64,000 nucleotides of DNA. It comes from an uncultured Thermotogae bacterium (GTDB taxonomy: Bacteria > Bipolaricaulota > Bipolaricaulia > UBA7950 > UBA9294). Below, in pieces: positions 63,823 to 64,000 of this stretch. The notes under the pieces were generated by a model that did not search any database, was not told the DNA's origin, and worked only from the letters and a program-made list of their open reading frames with translations. Within the stretch, counting starts at the first letter, position 1; each line of letters begins with the position of its first letter. The stretch is taken from NCBI GenBank assembly GCA_964552295.1, contig CAZKFV010000121.1:2227-66226 (forward strand). Direction: 5' to 3'. Both the position numbers and the translations under genes were made by a program.

Positions 63823-64000
63823 ATGGCAGATTCAGAAAAAGGAAGTGTAGGCATCTCCAAGGAAGTGGTCACAGCTATTGCTGGAATAGCTGTCTCCGAA
63901 GTGGATGGAATAGCTAATCTTCGCCACGATGACGGAACCTTTCGTCGCGGTGAGGTTATGAAGAAGTACGTGGACACGGAAGTAGAAGGGGAGAGCGTCA
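63823..64000 (+). CDS. Second Asp23/Gls24 family protein (partial; runs off the window end)
   Basis: Starts MADSEKGSVGISKEVVTAIAGIAVSEVDGIANL after a GGAGGGAGCG RBS. Confidence 0.6.
   Translation, partial: MADSEKGSVGISKEVVTAIAGIAVSEVDGIANLRHDDGTFRRGEVMKKYVDTEVEGESV

Noticed and set aside
1-64000. CRISPR arrays, IS elements, transposases, integrases, and toxin-antitoxin or restriction-modification cassettes.
   Set aside because: No run of regularly spaced direct repeats longer than 20 nt and no terminal inverted repeats flanking an ORF were seen. No ORF has transposase, integrase, methyltransferase or nuclease hallmarks. The window reads as core chromosome plus one metabolic and one secretion accessory locus.

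Overview
Bacterial chromosomal window of about 50% GC, almost entirely coding. About 60 genes sit mostly on the minus strand, and neighbouring genes often overlap by 4 or 8 nt (GTGA/ATGA-type overlaps), which suggests long translationally coupled operons. No CRISPR arrays or mobile elements (transposases/integrases, IS-type inverted repeats) were found; other non-coding features called below are one tRNA, a CIRCE element, four promoters, two terminators and degenerate direct repeats. Contents from low to high coordinate: (1) a partial glycyl-radical enzyme (GRE) with its radical-SAM activase, a P. furiosus-type ferredoxin and a 0.94 kb non-coding leader; (2) a truncated dcw division/cell-wall cluster (murD-ftsW-murG-murC-murB-ftsQ-ftsA-ftsZ) directly fused to bamA-skp-fabZ with a formimidoyltransferase gene wedged in; (3) yifB-yraN, mtaD, rpsO-pnp-M16 peptidase-coaD; (4) the most interesting locus, a 17-gene tightly overlapped operon sucCD-korC-hdrA-mvhD-mvhG-mvhA'-hdrC-hdrB-frdB-frdA-korD-korA-korB-fumA-fumB-malic enzyme, i.e. 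a complete pyruvate->2-oxoglutarate reductive TCA branch with a heterodisulfide-reductase/Mvh-type flavin-based electron-bifurcation module inserted between the fumarate reductase and the 2-oxoacid:ferredoxin oxidoreductase genes; (5) tRNA-Val, rng-folK-folB, infC-rpmI-rplT, nadD-obg-rpmA-prp'-rplU, metG; (6) a secretion-type operon (S8 protease with a T9SS-like C-terminal sorting domain, a short FadL/PorV-like barrel, and a 1326-aa beta-propeller/beta-barrel outer-membrane protein), plus a lamin-tail-domain protein and a patatin; (7) groESL with CIRCE, rlpA-like, efp, and Asp23 paralogs. The BamA/Skp genes and the sorting domain indicate a diderm. The Fe-S fumarase, GRE, Hdr/Mvh and ferredoxin-dependent oxidoreductase indicate an anaerobe, probably from an uncultured lineage. 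All calls rest on reading the translated ORFs and the raw sequence by eye; no database searches were possible.
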